Below are positions 17,747-27,927 of a stretch of DNA of 64,000 nt, piece by piece. The position numbers and the translations under genes are program-made. How positions within the stretch are numbered: the first letter of the stretch is position 1; each line of letters begins with the position of its first letter. The stretch spans positions 1-64,000 of IMG/VR virus record IMGVR_UViG_3300020147_000065; one strand, 5' to 3'. The notes beneath the pieces are model-generated. The model did not search any database and had not been told where the DNA came from. It saw nothing but the letters and a program-made list of their open reading frames with translations.

Positions 17747-18055
17747 ATGAACCCACTAGATTACCTCTCTCCTGAACAAGGAAAAAACTTGTACAATCAA
17801 TACGTCCAGCAGGACGCGGCAGAAGTAGTTAACTACAGCCGAGTATTGTCCAAGGCAAAGACCAAATTAACTGTAACAGAAGCTCAGCAAGCTGCCAATC
17901 AAGACGCTAAGAAAGTCAAGTTCTATGAACAGGCTGTCGCAGAATGCCTAAATGAAATTAGCAATGCCGAACTTCGTTTAGAACAGGCAAAAGCTTTCTT
18001 AGAAACAAGTGTTTCTGAAATGAATTCTGCTTTCCCACCTGAAGCTGGAGAATAA
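17747..18055 (+). CDS. coiled-coil hypothetical protein
   Basis: start set at ATG 17747 after AAGGA. Confidence 0.65.
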   Translation: MNPLDYLSPEQGKNLYNQYVQQDAAEVVNYSRVLSKAKTKLTVTEAQQAANQDAKKVKFYEQAVAECLNEISNAELRLEQAKAFLETSVSEMNSAFPPEAGE

Positions 18056-18060
18056 AATAA

Positions 18061-20040
18061 ATGCCTGATGTAGCTTATGTTCCATTTTCCTTAGCGGAAC
18101 TTTCTGATGATGTTGAACTAACCCCGGTAGTTTCTACCGGGGATTTGTTGATGTTTGGATTAGAAGGTAAGTGGAGGAATCTGGAACATGGGCCTGAAGG
18201 TTATATTTTAACTTCCCACGGGGATAACGAAGAGCTTAGTTGGGAGCCTCCTGCTATCCCAACATCTTTAAACAACGGTGGCGGCAGTGTCGCTGTGAAC
18301 TTATCGGGTGCCATTACGCTGACTCCTGCGAGTGGGCAGCCCATTTCTCTCATCAATAACGATGTTGGTTTTTTTGTTGATGCTGACAATGAAATTCGCG
18401 TTATGAATGCGTCTCGAACAGGCTGGCGAAATCTCACGTTCGGCGGATTCTACGCATACAACAGTGCAACGGTCTCAGGTGGGTTTCGGGCAGGTCAGGC
18501 AGTCGTTGCCAACACGGCGTTATCCGTTACGCCTGGCGCTGTGCTTCACGTTGTCAACTCTGACGCTTCTCAGCCTGTCCTAAGGCTCGATTGCGCTCTT
18601 GGTCAAAGCGCGAATGCGTTCGAGGTGCGCGATAGTGACCGTGTAATTAAAGCCTCGATAGACGCAAGCGGCACGATAAGAGCAGCGCAGAGCGAGTTTG
18701 CTGGTGCAGCGACTTTGGGCTATTACGGAAGCACTGATTTTGCTAAATTCCAGCACGTCGGCGCGAACACGTATGGGCTATTGCAAGGCGTAGATGGCGC
18801 AACGTATCTCAACGCAGCGGCAGGGCGATCTATTCATTTTCGCATTGACAACTCGGAAAAAATGACGATGGACTCGAACGGCAACCTGAGCGCGGCGAGT
18901 GCAACGATAGGCGATAACACGTTAATGTTGGGCGGACAAGGCGGAGTTCAATTGATTGTCCGTAGGAGTTCTGCGGACATTGTTGCTTTCGGCAGAAACG
19001 CATTTCTTGCTCCATTTCTCGCTCTTGCCTCTAACGCGCTCGTTACGTGGGGAGGCACCGCCAACTCTGTTAATGCAATTCCTGACACGGATATTCATCG
19101 TGCTTCGGCTGGTGTTGTCGGTATTGGAGACGGTGCAGGAGGACTCGGCAACCTGAGCGCAGCGGGTGCGACGTTTAACACAGGTGGAAGCATAAAGATT
19201 GCCGGGTTGCCGGGTGTTGAATCATCGTATGGCGCATTGTGGATGGCCCAAGGCTCACCTTCTGGCTCTAATTACGCGCTGACAGGTAGTGCGAACGAAA
19301 CGATTTTGAACGCGACGAATATTATTTACCTGCGGCTCAATAATGGAATTAAAGGGACTCTTGACTCAACGGGATTGGCCCTAAGCGGCAACCTGAGCGC
19401 AAATCAGGGGAACTTTGGTGGCCTCATTCAGAATCAGAACGGAATCTATTGGAATAACTTTGCTGGTCTTGGGCTAACTACTACAGCCGGAGTGCCGGGA
19501 CGATTGATTCTGGAAAGTGCAACGGCAGCCGTTGCACTTGGAGGGATAACGGGCGCTTACCCAATGCTCAAGCGCAACGGCACCGGCATAGATTTCCGAC
19601 TGGCTGACGATTCGGCCTACGCCAATATCGCAGTGGCGGGGCTTGATGTTGAAGGCCGCTTCAATGACGAAATCAGTGTGCGTGGCACGGGTAAAATCCA
19701 TCATTCGGGTGGAGCTTTCTATATTGATGATGCGACGCATGATTTAGCTCTACAAGTTGGAAGCGTTGGAAGCGTTGGAATTGGTATATATAATCCGAGT
19801 GAGAAGTTGCACGTAGATGGAAATATATTATCTACGGGTGGAATTACTTCATCAACTAGAATTTCGATTTATAATGGTGGTATAGAACAAGCTTACTTTG
19901 ATGACAGCGGTAACTTGGGAATTACCGGCGCAATAAAATCTTCTCTTGCTGATTCAGCACCCGGTGATCCTACTGTTCCAGTTGCCTGGAAAGTCGAATA
20001 CGTTGATGGTGTTCCTTACAAACGCCCTTTATATCTTTAA
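18061..20040 (+). CDS. tail fibre-like protein, mosaic
   Basis: Gly/Ala/Asn-rich beta-fibre repeats, GIGIYNPSEKLHVDGNI motif typical of fibres; GC-richer internal segment. Confidence 0.7.
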   Translation: MPDVAYVPFSLAELSDDVELTPVVSTGDLLMFGLEGKWRNLEHGPEGYILTSHGDNEELSWEPPAIPTSLNNGGGSVAVNLSGAITLTPASGQPISLINNDVGFFVDADNEIRVMNASRTGWRNLTFGGFYAYNSATVSGGFRAGQAVVANTALSVTPGAVLHVVNSDASQPVLRLDCALGQSANAFEVRDSDRVIKASIDASGTIRAAQSEFAGAATLGYYGSTDFAKFQHVGANTYGLLQGVDGATYLNAAAGRSIHFRIDNSEKMTMDSNGNLSAASATIGDNTLMLGGQGGVQLIVRRSSADIVAFGRNAFLAPFLALASNALVTWGGTANSVNAIPDTDIHRASAGVVGIGDGAGGLGNLSAAGATFNTGGSIKIAGLPGVESSYGALWMAQGSPSGSNYALTGSANETILNATNIIYLRLNNGIKGTLDSTGLALSGNLSANQGNFGGLIQNQNGIYWNNFAGLGLTTTAGVPGRLILESATAAVALGGITGAYPMLKRNGTGIDFRLADDSAYANIAVAGLDVEGRFNDEISVRGTGKIHHSGGAFYIDDATHDLALQVGSVGSVGIGIYNPSEKLHVDGNILSTGGITSSTRISIYNGGIEQAYFDDSGNLGITGAIKSSLADSAPGDPTVPVAWKVEYVDGVPYKRPLYL

Positions 20041-20044
20041 TACC

Positions 20045-20761
20045 ATGAGTTACACACGAATTTTTACAATTGATGCGCACCCACTCGCTGAATTAACAGC
20101 ACAGTTGGTAGATAAGGATGGCTCCCTTTCAGGGGGAGCCATCCCTTTCTCTTCTTTCAATTTACTTAATAGCTCAGCAAAAGTAAATAATTATGCGGTA
20201 GAGGTTACGGTACCGGATGATTTTACTGGTGCTTTGCTTATAAATAATTCTTTAAATGAAAGAACATCTTCTATCTCTATAAACAAAGATATATCAACTT
20301 TGTTGAATTCTATCAAGAGTAAAACTGATAGTATCGTGGACGGAAGAGTTACAGTATTGTCCTCAATTTTACAGGATGATGGTGTAGTTAACGTATTTAG
20401 ATATGACACCTGGAATCTCAACATGTCTAATCTGGGTAACCTCAGTGATAAAGTTGTAATTTTTTCTCTGGCTAACTCTAATCCAACTGACACTAAACCG
20501 TATTTATTAATACGGAGTGACACAGGATTGGAAATGATTAAAGGAAAGGTCACAACCGAAGAAGAAAAAAGTTTAGGTTCTGTAACCTTATTAGATGAAA
20601 CCAATGGACGTATTGGAATAAGAGTTGATGAATCTATCACAAGTCAGCTAACCACGGGGAGATTCATGTGGAGTGTAAAATCTTCTGAGAACGATGACAT
20701 TCAAACACTTGCTTATGGAGACTTTAAAATCATAAAAGAAATTTCCAGAGTCATAGTATAA
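20045..20761 (+). CDS. putative structural protein (BppU-like beta sandwich)
   Basis: C-terminal part ITSQLTTGRFMWSVK...QTLAYGDFKI resembles baseplate-upper N-terminal domains. Confidence 0.45.
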   Translation: MSYTRIFTIDAHPLAELTAQLVDKDGSLSGGAIPFSSFNLLNSSAKVNNYAVEVTVPDDFTGALLINNSLNERTSSISINKDISTLLNSIKSKTDSIVDGRVTVLSSILQDDGVVNVFRYDTWNLNMSNLGNLSDKVVIFSLANSNPTDTKPYLLIRSDTGLEMIKGKVTTEEEKSLGSVTLLDETNGRIGIRVDESITSQLTTGRFMWSVKSSENDDIQTLAYGDFKIIKEISRVIV

Positions 20762-20764
20762 GAG

Positions 20765-22846
20765 GTGAGTTCTATAGCCGATCTAGTTTATGTTCCTTTT
20801 GCTCTTAAAGAGTTAAAGGAAGATGTTAATATAACAAACCCTGCTCCTGGTGATACCTTACAACGTAGTGCTGAAGGTAAATGGATAAACACACCTATGG
20901 AGCAATTAACTGGTGCCCAAGGACCGCAAGGTGCTCAGGGATCGGCTGGTGCTCAGGGGCCGCAAGGCTCTGCTGGTGCTCAGGGGCCGCAGGGTTATGA
21001 AGGTATAGCTGGAACACAGGGGCCGCAAGGCACACAAGGAAGACAAGGCTTTCAAGGTGTGCAGGGTGCAGTTGGTACACAGGGTACTCAGGGTATAGCC
21101 GGTGCGCAAGGTGCAACTGGTTCACAAGGTACTCAGGGAGTTCAGGGTACTCAGGGTACTCAGGGTACTCAGGGAAGACAAGGATTCCAAGGTGTGCAAG
21201 GCACACAAGGAGTACAGGGTGCCGTAGGTGTACAAGGCCCACAAGGTATAACTGGTTCTCAAGGAGAAACTGGACCACAGGGTACTCAGGGTAGTCGTGG
21301 TTATCAAGGATACCAAGGTTATCAGGGAGCCGCAGGTGCTCAAGGTGTGCAAGGTGCTGTTGGTGTAGCAGGAGATACTGGTCCACAGGGTGCTCAAGGT
21401 TCAACTGGTGCGACCGGAGCGCAAGGTCCACAGGGAACACAGGGTTCTACCGGCGCTCAGGGAACTGCTGGAATTACTGGCCCACAAGGTGTGCAGGGTG
21501 CTGCTGGAACACAAGGTCCACAAGGTTATCAAGGTGCGACCGGGGCCGGAACTCAGGGACCACAAGGTGTGCAAGGTTCTCAGGGTGTTCCCGGTGAAAG
21601 CGCGGATATTGGTGCGCAAGGTCCGCAGGGTGCGACTGGACCACAAGGTGTACAGGGTGCGACTGGACAAGGATTTAACATTGCTAAATCTTATGCATCT
21701 GTTGCCGCCCTAACTGCGGATACTAATCCTTCTGATATACTACCTGGTGAGTTTGCGATTATCTTATCCACGGTTGATGATCCAGACAACTCTAAGTTAT
21801 ATCTCTGGGACGGCGAAGATTATATTTATACCTCTGATCTTTCGGGTGCGGCAGGTATTACCGGACCACAGGGTACACAGGGAGCTACCGGAGCACAGGG
21901 TGTGCAGGGTTCTCAAGGTGTAGCCGGTGCGACTGGTCCACAAGGGGATGCCGGTGAAGCCGGTGCTGCTGGACCACAGGGTGCAGCGGGGGCACAGGGA
22001 CCGCAAGGAACTGCTGGTGCAGCCGGAGAAGCTGGTGAAGCTGGTGCCCAAGGTCCACAAGGATTTCAGGGCGCTGCCGGTGCTCAGGGAGCTACCGGAG
22101 CGCAAGGTTCTGCCGGAGCTACCGGAGCACAGGGACCACAGGGAGACGTTGGTGCTCAAGGATCAACTGGTGCTCAGGGTGCTGCGGGGGCGCAGGGCAC
22201 ACAAGGTGTAGCCGGAGCGCAGGGCGCAGCCGGAGCCGAAGGTCCGCAAGGTAATCAGGGGGCACAAGGTCCACAAGGTTATCAGGGTAGCCAAGGTGTT
22301 GCCGGTGCTCAGGGTCCGCAGGGAACACAAGGTTATCAGGGACTTACTGGTGAAGGAACACAGGGTCCGCAGGGAACACAGGGTCCGCAAGGCGCGTCAG
22401 GTGGAGGAGCAGGTGGAACGGGTGCGTCCATCTCTGTTGTTCAGAATAGTCATGGTTTCGCGGTTGGCGATGTTGTTCGTTTGAGTGGGTCAGCAACATA
22501 CACAAAAGCTTTAGCTGATTCCGCAGCAAACGCTGAAGTAGCGGGTATTGTTTCGGCTGTTGCAGATTCTAACAATTTTACTCTGAGTCTTGTCGGACAG
22601 GTAACCGGTCTAACTGGTCTTTCGGCAGAAACGCTTTACTTTCTGAGTCCAACGGTGGCCGGTGCTATGACATCTACCGAACCAACAGTCACCGGTCAAA
22701 TTAGTAAACCTGTATTTTTGGCAGACACAACAACATCAGGTTTTGTTATCACACAAATGCGCGGATACATTATATCAGATACCGGTGGTGCTGTAGGAGG
22801 ATCATCGGTGGGCGGTAATATTTATCTGAGTCGCAACTTCATTTAA
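20765..22846 (+). CDS. collagen-like (Gly-X-Y) fibre protein
   Basis: two long GXY tracts (GAQ/GPQ/GVQ) split by a globular insert; C-terminal beta domain; GTG start. Confidence 0.92.
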   Translation: MSSIADLVYVPFALKELKEDVNITNPAPGDTLQRSAEGKWINTPMEQLTGAQGPQGAQGSAGAQGPQGSAGAQGPQGYEGIAGTQGPQGTQGRQGFQGVQGAVGTQGTQGIAGAQGATGSQGTQGVQGTQGTQGTQGRQGFQGVQGTQGVQGAVGVQGPQGITGSQGETGPQGTQGSRGYQGYQGYQGAAGAQGVQGAVGVAGDTGPQGAQGSTGATGAQGPQGTQGSTGAQGTAGITGPQGVQGAAGTQGPQGYQGATGAGTQGPQGVQGSQGVPGESADIGAQGPQGATGPQGVQGATGQGFNIAKSYASVAALTADTNPSDILPGEFAIILSTVDDPDNSKLYLWDGEDYIYTSDLSGAAGITGPQGTQGATGAQGVQGSQGVAGATGPQGDAGEAGAAGPQGAAGAQGPQGTAGAAGEAGEAGAQGPQGFQGAAGAQGATGAQGSAGATGAQGPQGDVGAQGSTGAQGAAGAQGTQGVAGAQGAAGAEGPQGNQGAQGPQGYQGSQGVAGAQGPQGTQGYQGLTGEGTQGPQGTQGPQGASGGGAGGTGASISVVQNSHGFAVGDVVRLSGSATYTKALADSAANAEVAGIVSAVADSNNFTLSLVGQVTGLTGLSAETLYFLSPTVAGAMTSTEPTVTGQISKPVFLADTTTSGFVITQMRGYIISDTGGAVGGSSVGGNIYLSRNFI

Positions 22847-22856
22847 GGTATTTATT

Positions 22857-23252
22857 ATGGCAAATGAACCCAATTTCGTAGCAACACCTCGTAACGCAAT
22901 AGCACAGGTTAGCGCGGCAAATACCGCTCGTGATGGCACGGGCACTGTTGTCACAGTTTTTACAGCGGGTGCCTCTGGTTCTCGTATAGATCGCATTACC
23001 ATCGAGGCTGTGGCAACAACAACGGCAGGAATGATTCGTCTTTTTGTTAATGACGGTAGTAATTCCCGTTTATGGCGTGAAGTATCTGTTTCAGCGATTA
23101 CGCCCAGTGGAACGGTGGCAACTTTTACAACTGAAATCAACAGTAGTAATAGTGCTTTACCTTTGCTTATTTTACCAAATGGCTACTCGTTACGTGCCTC
23201 AACACATAACGCGGAGACATTTAATATTATAGCAGAGGGTGGAGATTTTTAA
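22857..23252 (+). CDS. putative small virion beta-sandwich protein
   Basis: Thr/Ala-rich, beta-strand pattern, in fibre operon. Confidence 0.55.
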   Translation: MANEPNFVATPRNAIAQVSAANTARDGTGTVVTVFTAGASGSRIDRITIEAVATTTAGMIRLFVNDGSNSRLWREVSVSAITPSGTVATFTTEINSSNSALPLLILPNGYSLRASTHNAETFNIIAEGGDF

Positions 23253-23977
23253 TGAGCAACGGGCTTTTTGGTTTTCCCAGTGGAGCGGCAACTCAAAACA
23301 GAGGTTTTACTAAACCTACCGCGGGTAGTCGTCTGAATCCATCACACAGCTTGGCTTCTGGATTAAGAGCACGTTACCTTTTTAATGAATCGGGTGTAGT
23401 AATTCAGGATTATTCGGCCAACTGTTATCATCTTACACTTTCTGGTGACTGGAAAAGAGTTCAAACTCCAGAAGGTATGGCTGTTAACTTTATTAAAGCG
23501 ACCGGTAAAAAAGGTAATGCGTTCGTTGCAAGTAATCTTGGTATCACCAACACCTTTACGTTGTGGTGTCGCTTCAAAGTAACCGCATTAAATGCGGCTG
23601 GTGCGTTAATGAAACTCGGAGCTAATAATGATGGAATCGGATTTGGTATTGGGGACACCACAATGGATGCAGCAGGTAATAAATTAGTTGCACTTGCTGA
23701 AAATGTAGTGTGGCATCCAACGACCGTGACCATTACTACGGAGTATTTAAATATCGCCCTTACAGCCAACACAATTTATAACCGCGATGTTATAGCTAAA
23801 ACCAGTGTTTATTTTTCTAATCCCGGCAACCTGTTTAGTGTCGGTGGATACACTGCGATTGGTGCAGTAGAACGTTACCTTGATTGCATTGTTCAATCCG
23901 TGGGCGTATGGAACAGAGCTTTAACGGCAAATGAATTGGGGTTATTAGAGAACAACCCATATTGTGATTTTGCATAA
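23252..23977 (+). CDS. LamG/concanavalin A-like lectin domain protein
   Basis: YLFNESG, FTLWCRFK, VGVWNRALTANEL (LamG_3 C-terminal signature). Confidence 0.75.
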   Translation: MSNGLFGFPSGAATQNRGFTKPTAGSRLNPSHSLASGLRARYLFNESGVVIQDYSANCYHLTLSGDWKRVQTPEGMAVNFIKATGKKGNAFVASNLGITNTFTLWCRFKVTALNAAGALMKLGANNDGIGFGIGDTTMDAAGNKLVALAENVVWHPTTVTITTEYLNIALTANTIYNRDVIAKTSVYFSNPGNLFSVGGYTAIGAVERYLDCIVQSVGVWNRALTANELGLLENNPYCDFA

Positions 23978-23999
23978 GACTCACGCAGGAGAATGTTAA

Positions 24000-25130
24000 A
24001 TGGCAAACAGTGTATTACCGGGATTAGCATATCAAGGACCACAGGGTGTTCAGGGTGTTCAGGGTGTTCAGGGAGCACAAGGATACCAGGGAGCACAAGG
24101 ATACCAGGGAGCTACCGGATCAGGTGCTCAGGGACCGCAAGGTGTTCAGGGACCACAGGGGGCTGACGGCGGCGGTGGAGGCGGAAGTGGTAGTGGTGAC
24201 AGCCTTACCATTAATGTCTCACAGACAGCCCACGGTTTTGCTGTTGGTGATCTTGTAAGACACAACGGAACAACTTATGTAAAAGCACAGGCTGACAGTG
24301 CAACAAATGCTAACGTCGCAGGTATGGTTAAAACTGTAACCGACGCTAATAACTTTGTACTTACATTGCCCGGCTCTTATATAACTGGTTTGTCTGGTCT
24401 GACAGCAGGAGAGACATACTTTCTCTCACCGTCATCTGCCGGAGCGATGACGGCTACCGAGCCTTCAACAACTGGACAGATAAGAAAAGTTGTTCTCATT
24501 GCGACCAGCACAACAGCCGGTATTCTTCAATCAGACATTGGCTTTTTGTTACAAACAGCAGTAGCTTATGAGACCACGGTTGCTCCCGGTAAATTTAGAA
24601 CCAGTGGTGCCGTAGTTCAGTTTGGTATTCCCGGCAGAAGTCCAGCGGCGGCGGCTACAACTTTTGCTTTCACAGCCAACCGAATTTATTATGAACCAAT
24701 TATGGTAGAAGATACCATAACACTTGATAGAATTATCGCTGAGGTTACAACATTAATTACATCTTCCACAATTCGTCTTGGTATTTACAATGCTGACGAA
24801 AACTGGCAGCCCACTACTCTTGTATTAGATGCTGGAACCATTGATTCTGCCACCACGGGAGTAAAGACAATTACAATCAACCAGATTCTAACTCGTGGAC
24901 GTTATCTACTTGCGTTGCATAGTGGACATGCACCAACTGTTCGAGCATTGTTGATGGCTGGTTCAATTACTGGACCAATTGCCCCCGCTGTGGGTACTAA
25001 CTCCAATATAGTTCAACTATATAAAGCAAGTCAGGCGTATGCTGCTTATGCTTCCAGTGGAGTTCAATGGGATACAGCAGTGGCAGCCAACACAGCATTT
25101 AGACATGCGGCAATGTTGAGGTGGACATAA
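24000..25130 (+). CDS. collagen-like fibre protein
   Basis: short GXY tract followed by a domain paralogous to the C-terminus of 20765..22846. Confidence 0.85.
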   Translation: MANSVLPGLAYQGPQGVQGVQGVQGAQGYQGAQGYQGATGSGAQGPQGVQGPQGADGGGGGGSGSGDSLTINVSQTAHGFAVGDLVRHNGTTYVKAQADSATNANVAGMVKTVTDANNFVLTLPGSYITGLSGLTAGETYFLSPSSAGAMTATEPSTTGQIRKVVLIATSTTAGILQSDIGFLLQTAVAYETTVAPGKFRTSGAVVQFGIPGRSPAAAATTFAFTANRIYYEPIMVEDTITLDRIIAEVTTLITSSTIRLGIYNADENWQPTTLVLDAGTIDSATTGVKTITINQILTRGRYLLALHSGHAPTVRALLMAGSITGPIAPAVGTNSNIVQLYKASQAYAAYASSGVQWDTAVAANTAFRHAAMLRWT

Positions 25131-25438
25131 TGAATAAGAGATACAACGAAGAGTATGGAATTGGAGGATTTAATCCTTCTCTTCCTGATAATAATCTTGT
25201 GAGTAGGGAAGAAATTCCCTACTCATGGGAGGAAATTCGAGAATTAAGAGAGCCACTTCTTGTGGAAGCGGATATTCTTATTAATCGTGCAACTGATTTG
25301 TCACTCACCGCGGGTAATGTGAATGCAGATTATCTGAAAGCTTTAAGCGAATATCGCATGGCCCTAAGAGACATCACAAAAACATACGAAAATCCCAACG
25401 ATGTTGAGTGGCCCGTTAAGCCGGAGGTAATAGTTTAA
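25130..25438 (+). CDS. phage tail fibre assembly chaperone
   Basis: WEEIRELREPLL.EAD...EYRMALRDIT...VEWPVKP signature; TAATG coupling. Confidence 0.8.
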   Translation: MNKRYNEEYGIGGFNPSLPDNNLVSREEIPYSWEEIRELREPLLVEADILINRATDLSLTAGNVNADYLKALSEYRMALRDITKTYENPNDVEWPVKPEVIV

Positions 25439-26289
25439 TGGCAACTACCGCACTAACACAATCAAATATACGCGGACCACAGGGAACACAAGGCTTTCAG
25501 GGTAATCAGGGAACACAAGGTGTGCAAGGCACCCAAGGATTTCAAGGTAACCAAGGATTTCAAGGATTCCAAGGTAACCAAGGCACTCAGGGAGTGCAGG
25601 GACCACAACCTTCTTTAAACGGCACCTCTACTACTTCCATATTAATGGGTAACGGCACGAAAGTGTTCACAACTCAAGCTAACCTTGCATGGAGTAATGG
25701 ATATAGAATTCGAGTATCACAAACTTCTGATCCATCAGCAAACTACATGGAAGGAGTTGTCTCTTCTTATTCCGATACAACATTAACTGTTACAATAGAT
25801 TATGTTGTAGGAAGCGGAACACTAAGTGATTGGAGCTTTGCTCTTGCGGGAGAAAGAGGCGCTCAGGGAGCAGCCGGAGCAACAGGAGCACAGGGAAGTG
25901 GAGGAGCAGGAACAATGTCTCGTGCAAGCGTAGTTGTTACAACGGCTTCACTTGCTGATCTTGCTACTGAAAATGCTGCGCCCACAATTGCAAAGACCGC
26001 ACTATTACTTTCCGTCCAAACTGATCGTGCGGCATGGGTAAGAGTTTATAATTCGGCGGCGGCTCGGACAGCCGACGCCTCACGTTCAATTGCTGACGAC
26101 CCCGTGGCAAGCAGTGGAGTAGTAGCTGAAATAATTACCACCGGAGCCGAGACAATCAATCTTGCACCACCATATGAAATTTATAGCGCAGAGGCGGTCC
26201 CCTCTGCTAATCTATCTGTCGCTATTCAGAACAGAAGTGGTAGCACATCAACGGTCCAAGTAACATTCACCTATCTGGTATTGGAGTAA
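25438..26289 (+). CDS. collagen-like fibre protein
   Basis: GTQ/GFQ/GNQ tract; STTSILMGNGTKVFTTQ...YMEGVVSSYS...W fibre domain. Confidence 0.85.
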   Translation: MATTALTQSNIRGPQGTQGFQGNQGTQGVQGTQGFQGNQGFQGFQGNQGTQGVQGPQPSLNGTSTTSILMGNGTKVFTTQANLAWSNGYRIRVSQTSDPSANYMEGVVSSYSDTTLTVTIDYVVGSGTLSDWSFALAGERGAQGAAGATGAQGSGGAGTMSRASVVVTTASLADLATENAAPTIAKTALLLSVQTDRAAWVRVYNSAAARTADASRSIADDPVASSGVVAEIITTGAETINLAPPYEIYSAEAVPSANLSVAIQNRSGSTSTVQVTFTYLVLE

Positions 26290-26290
26290 A

Positions 26291-27181
26291 ATGGCAACAG
26301 CAAGTAATACACTCAACCTGGGTATCTCCACCGACGCGGCGTTTCGTGCTTGGGCATCTGTCATATCTACTCGTCTTGGGGATATGGGACTTGTGAAGTT
26401 AGTTATCTCTGGTGAGATTGATATGGGTACAGTTACTAAACCAAACCCAAGCACAAGTAACTGGCCGTATGATGGTTTTGAGTCTAAGGGTTTTCAAATC
26501 TGGAGACTCGATGATGCTTTACAAGCAGCATATCCTGTGTATTTAAAAATTGAATATGGTGGTCAGCAAATCAACACTCCCTGGTGGACTGAATATGGTG
26601 CCGCTCTTAGACTTACATTAGGTAGAGGTTACAGTGGAACAGATTTAACAAATGCAACTGCAAGTAAGGTCGTTTATAGTTATCCCCATGCATCAACTGA
26701 ATGTCGTTTTAGCGGCTCGACTTCTCGATTTGCAGCATTAATCGGTAATATATTTTTCGCATTCGAAAGAATAAAAGATTATGCTGGAAATGATACAGGT
26801 ATCGGAGCCTCAATCATAGGGGATAGTTATCATGCCGTGGATGGCTCCACAGTATATGGCATAGATTACAAATGGCAGATGACTCTATTAAGCTCCGGTA
26901 GTAATCCACCAACCGAAAGTCGGTGGGGAGTTTTGCTTCCAACTACTGCCGATGGTGTGATAAACACAGAGAGTCATGGTTACACTGTCCATCCTTTTAC
27001 ACCGAGACAAGAACACGCATTATTAAATGCGCTTGTCTTCTTTACTGGTAACCTTGTTTCTGGAACTGAATATGATATTTCTGTGTCGGGTAAGAGTAGA
27101 CATTATTTGTTCGTAGGAGAACATAATTATATTACTACTATACGACCAACTGAAGTATCGCTTGCAATGCGCTGGGAGTAA
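26291..27181 (+). CDS. putative virion protein
   Basis: in fibre operon; aromatic-rich beta pattern. Confidence 0.55.
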   Translation: MATASNTLNLGISTDAAFRAWASVISTRLGDMGLVKLVISGEIDMGTVTKPNPSTSNWPYDGFESKGFQIWRLDDALQAAYPVYLKIEYGGQQINTPWWTEYGAALRLTLGRGYSGTDLTNATASKVVYSYPHASTECRFSGSTSRFAALIGNIFFAFERIKDYAGNDTGIGASIIGDSYHAVDGSTVYGIDYKWQMTLLSSGSNPPTESRWGVLLPTTADGVINTESHGYTVHPFTPRQEHALLNALVFFTGNLVSGTEYDISVSGKSRHYLFVGEHNYITTIRPTEVSLAMRWE

Positions 27182-27183
27182 CT

Positions 27184-27927
27184 ATGATTCCATATATTTT
27201 TAATTTTATTCATCTGGGCGACAAGAAACTTAGCCTCGAAAAAAGAGCTTACATCCAAAGTTTTAAAGACACTAATCCTAATGCAGAGATAAAGGTGTGG
27301 TCTAATGCTGATGTTCAAGCTCTTACATTGCCTGAATCATTCTATAAAGAAGAAGATTTCCGTGCGAAGAGTGACGTTCTTCGTTATTGGATTTTAGCCA
27401 ACCACGGGGGAATCTATTGCGACACGGACGTAATCTCTTTAAATTCATGGGAAGAATGGCTTCAAGGCAAAGAAGTTTTTGTAGCCCAGTATGATGTCGG
27501 ACGACTTGCACTTACCAATGCTATCATGGGTGCAGCTCCGGGTAACGCATTCTTTCCAAAACTTGTTGATATGCTACCCGGTGCTGAAGTAATCTTTCGT
27601 AATGGTGGTTATCTACAGAGAGTCGGTTCTCATTTGATTGACCTTTTGCTTGCTACTGGTAAATACCCCGAAGTCCATCGAATTGAACCGGACAAAACTT
27701 GTTCGTTGACACTTGCAGAAAGAGCCAAGGGTGTTATACCAAATCTCATTAAACTCAAGGAAGAAGGCGCTCTTTGCGTTCACCTTTGGGCAACTGCCGG
27801 AGATCAACCAAGTATAGCTAAAACCTATCCTGCTCTGGCAAATGCTATGTTAAATGCTTTGGGTCATGACCACATATTCTTTGGTGAAGACCCAGACCTT
27901 CTACCAGAACCAAGGAACAATAAATGA
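27184..27927 (+). CDS. GT32-like (DxD, Gly_transf_sug) glycosyltransferase
   Basis: IFNFIHLG, KSDVLRYWILANHGGIYCDTDV, TNAIMGAAPGNAFF, VHLW. Confidence 0.88.
   Translation: MIPYIFNFIHLGDKKLSLEKRAYIQSFKDTNPNAEIKVWSNADVQALTLPESFYKEEDFRAKSDVLRYWILANHGGIYCDTDVISLNSWEEWLQGKEVFVAQYDVGRLALTNAIMGAAPGNAFFPKLVDMLPGAEVIFRNGGYLQRVGSHLIDLLLATGKYPEVHRIEPDKTCSLTLAERAKGVIPNLIKLKEEGALCVHLWATAGDQPSIAKTYPALANAMLNALGHDHIFFGEDPDLLPEPRNNK

Noticed and set aside
20895-22529. Many alternative-frame and antisense ORFs over the collagen gene
   Set aside because: Shadow ORFs produced by the stop-poor Gly-X-Y codon repeat; no RBS and low-complexity translations.
20900-25900. 9-nt periodic repeats as a possible CRISPR array or VNTR
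   Set aside because: They are degenerate GXY codons within open frames, with no constant repeat and unique spacer structure.
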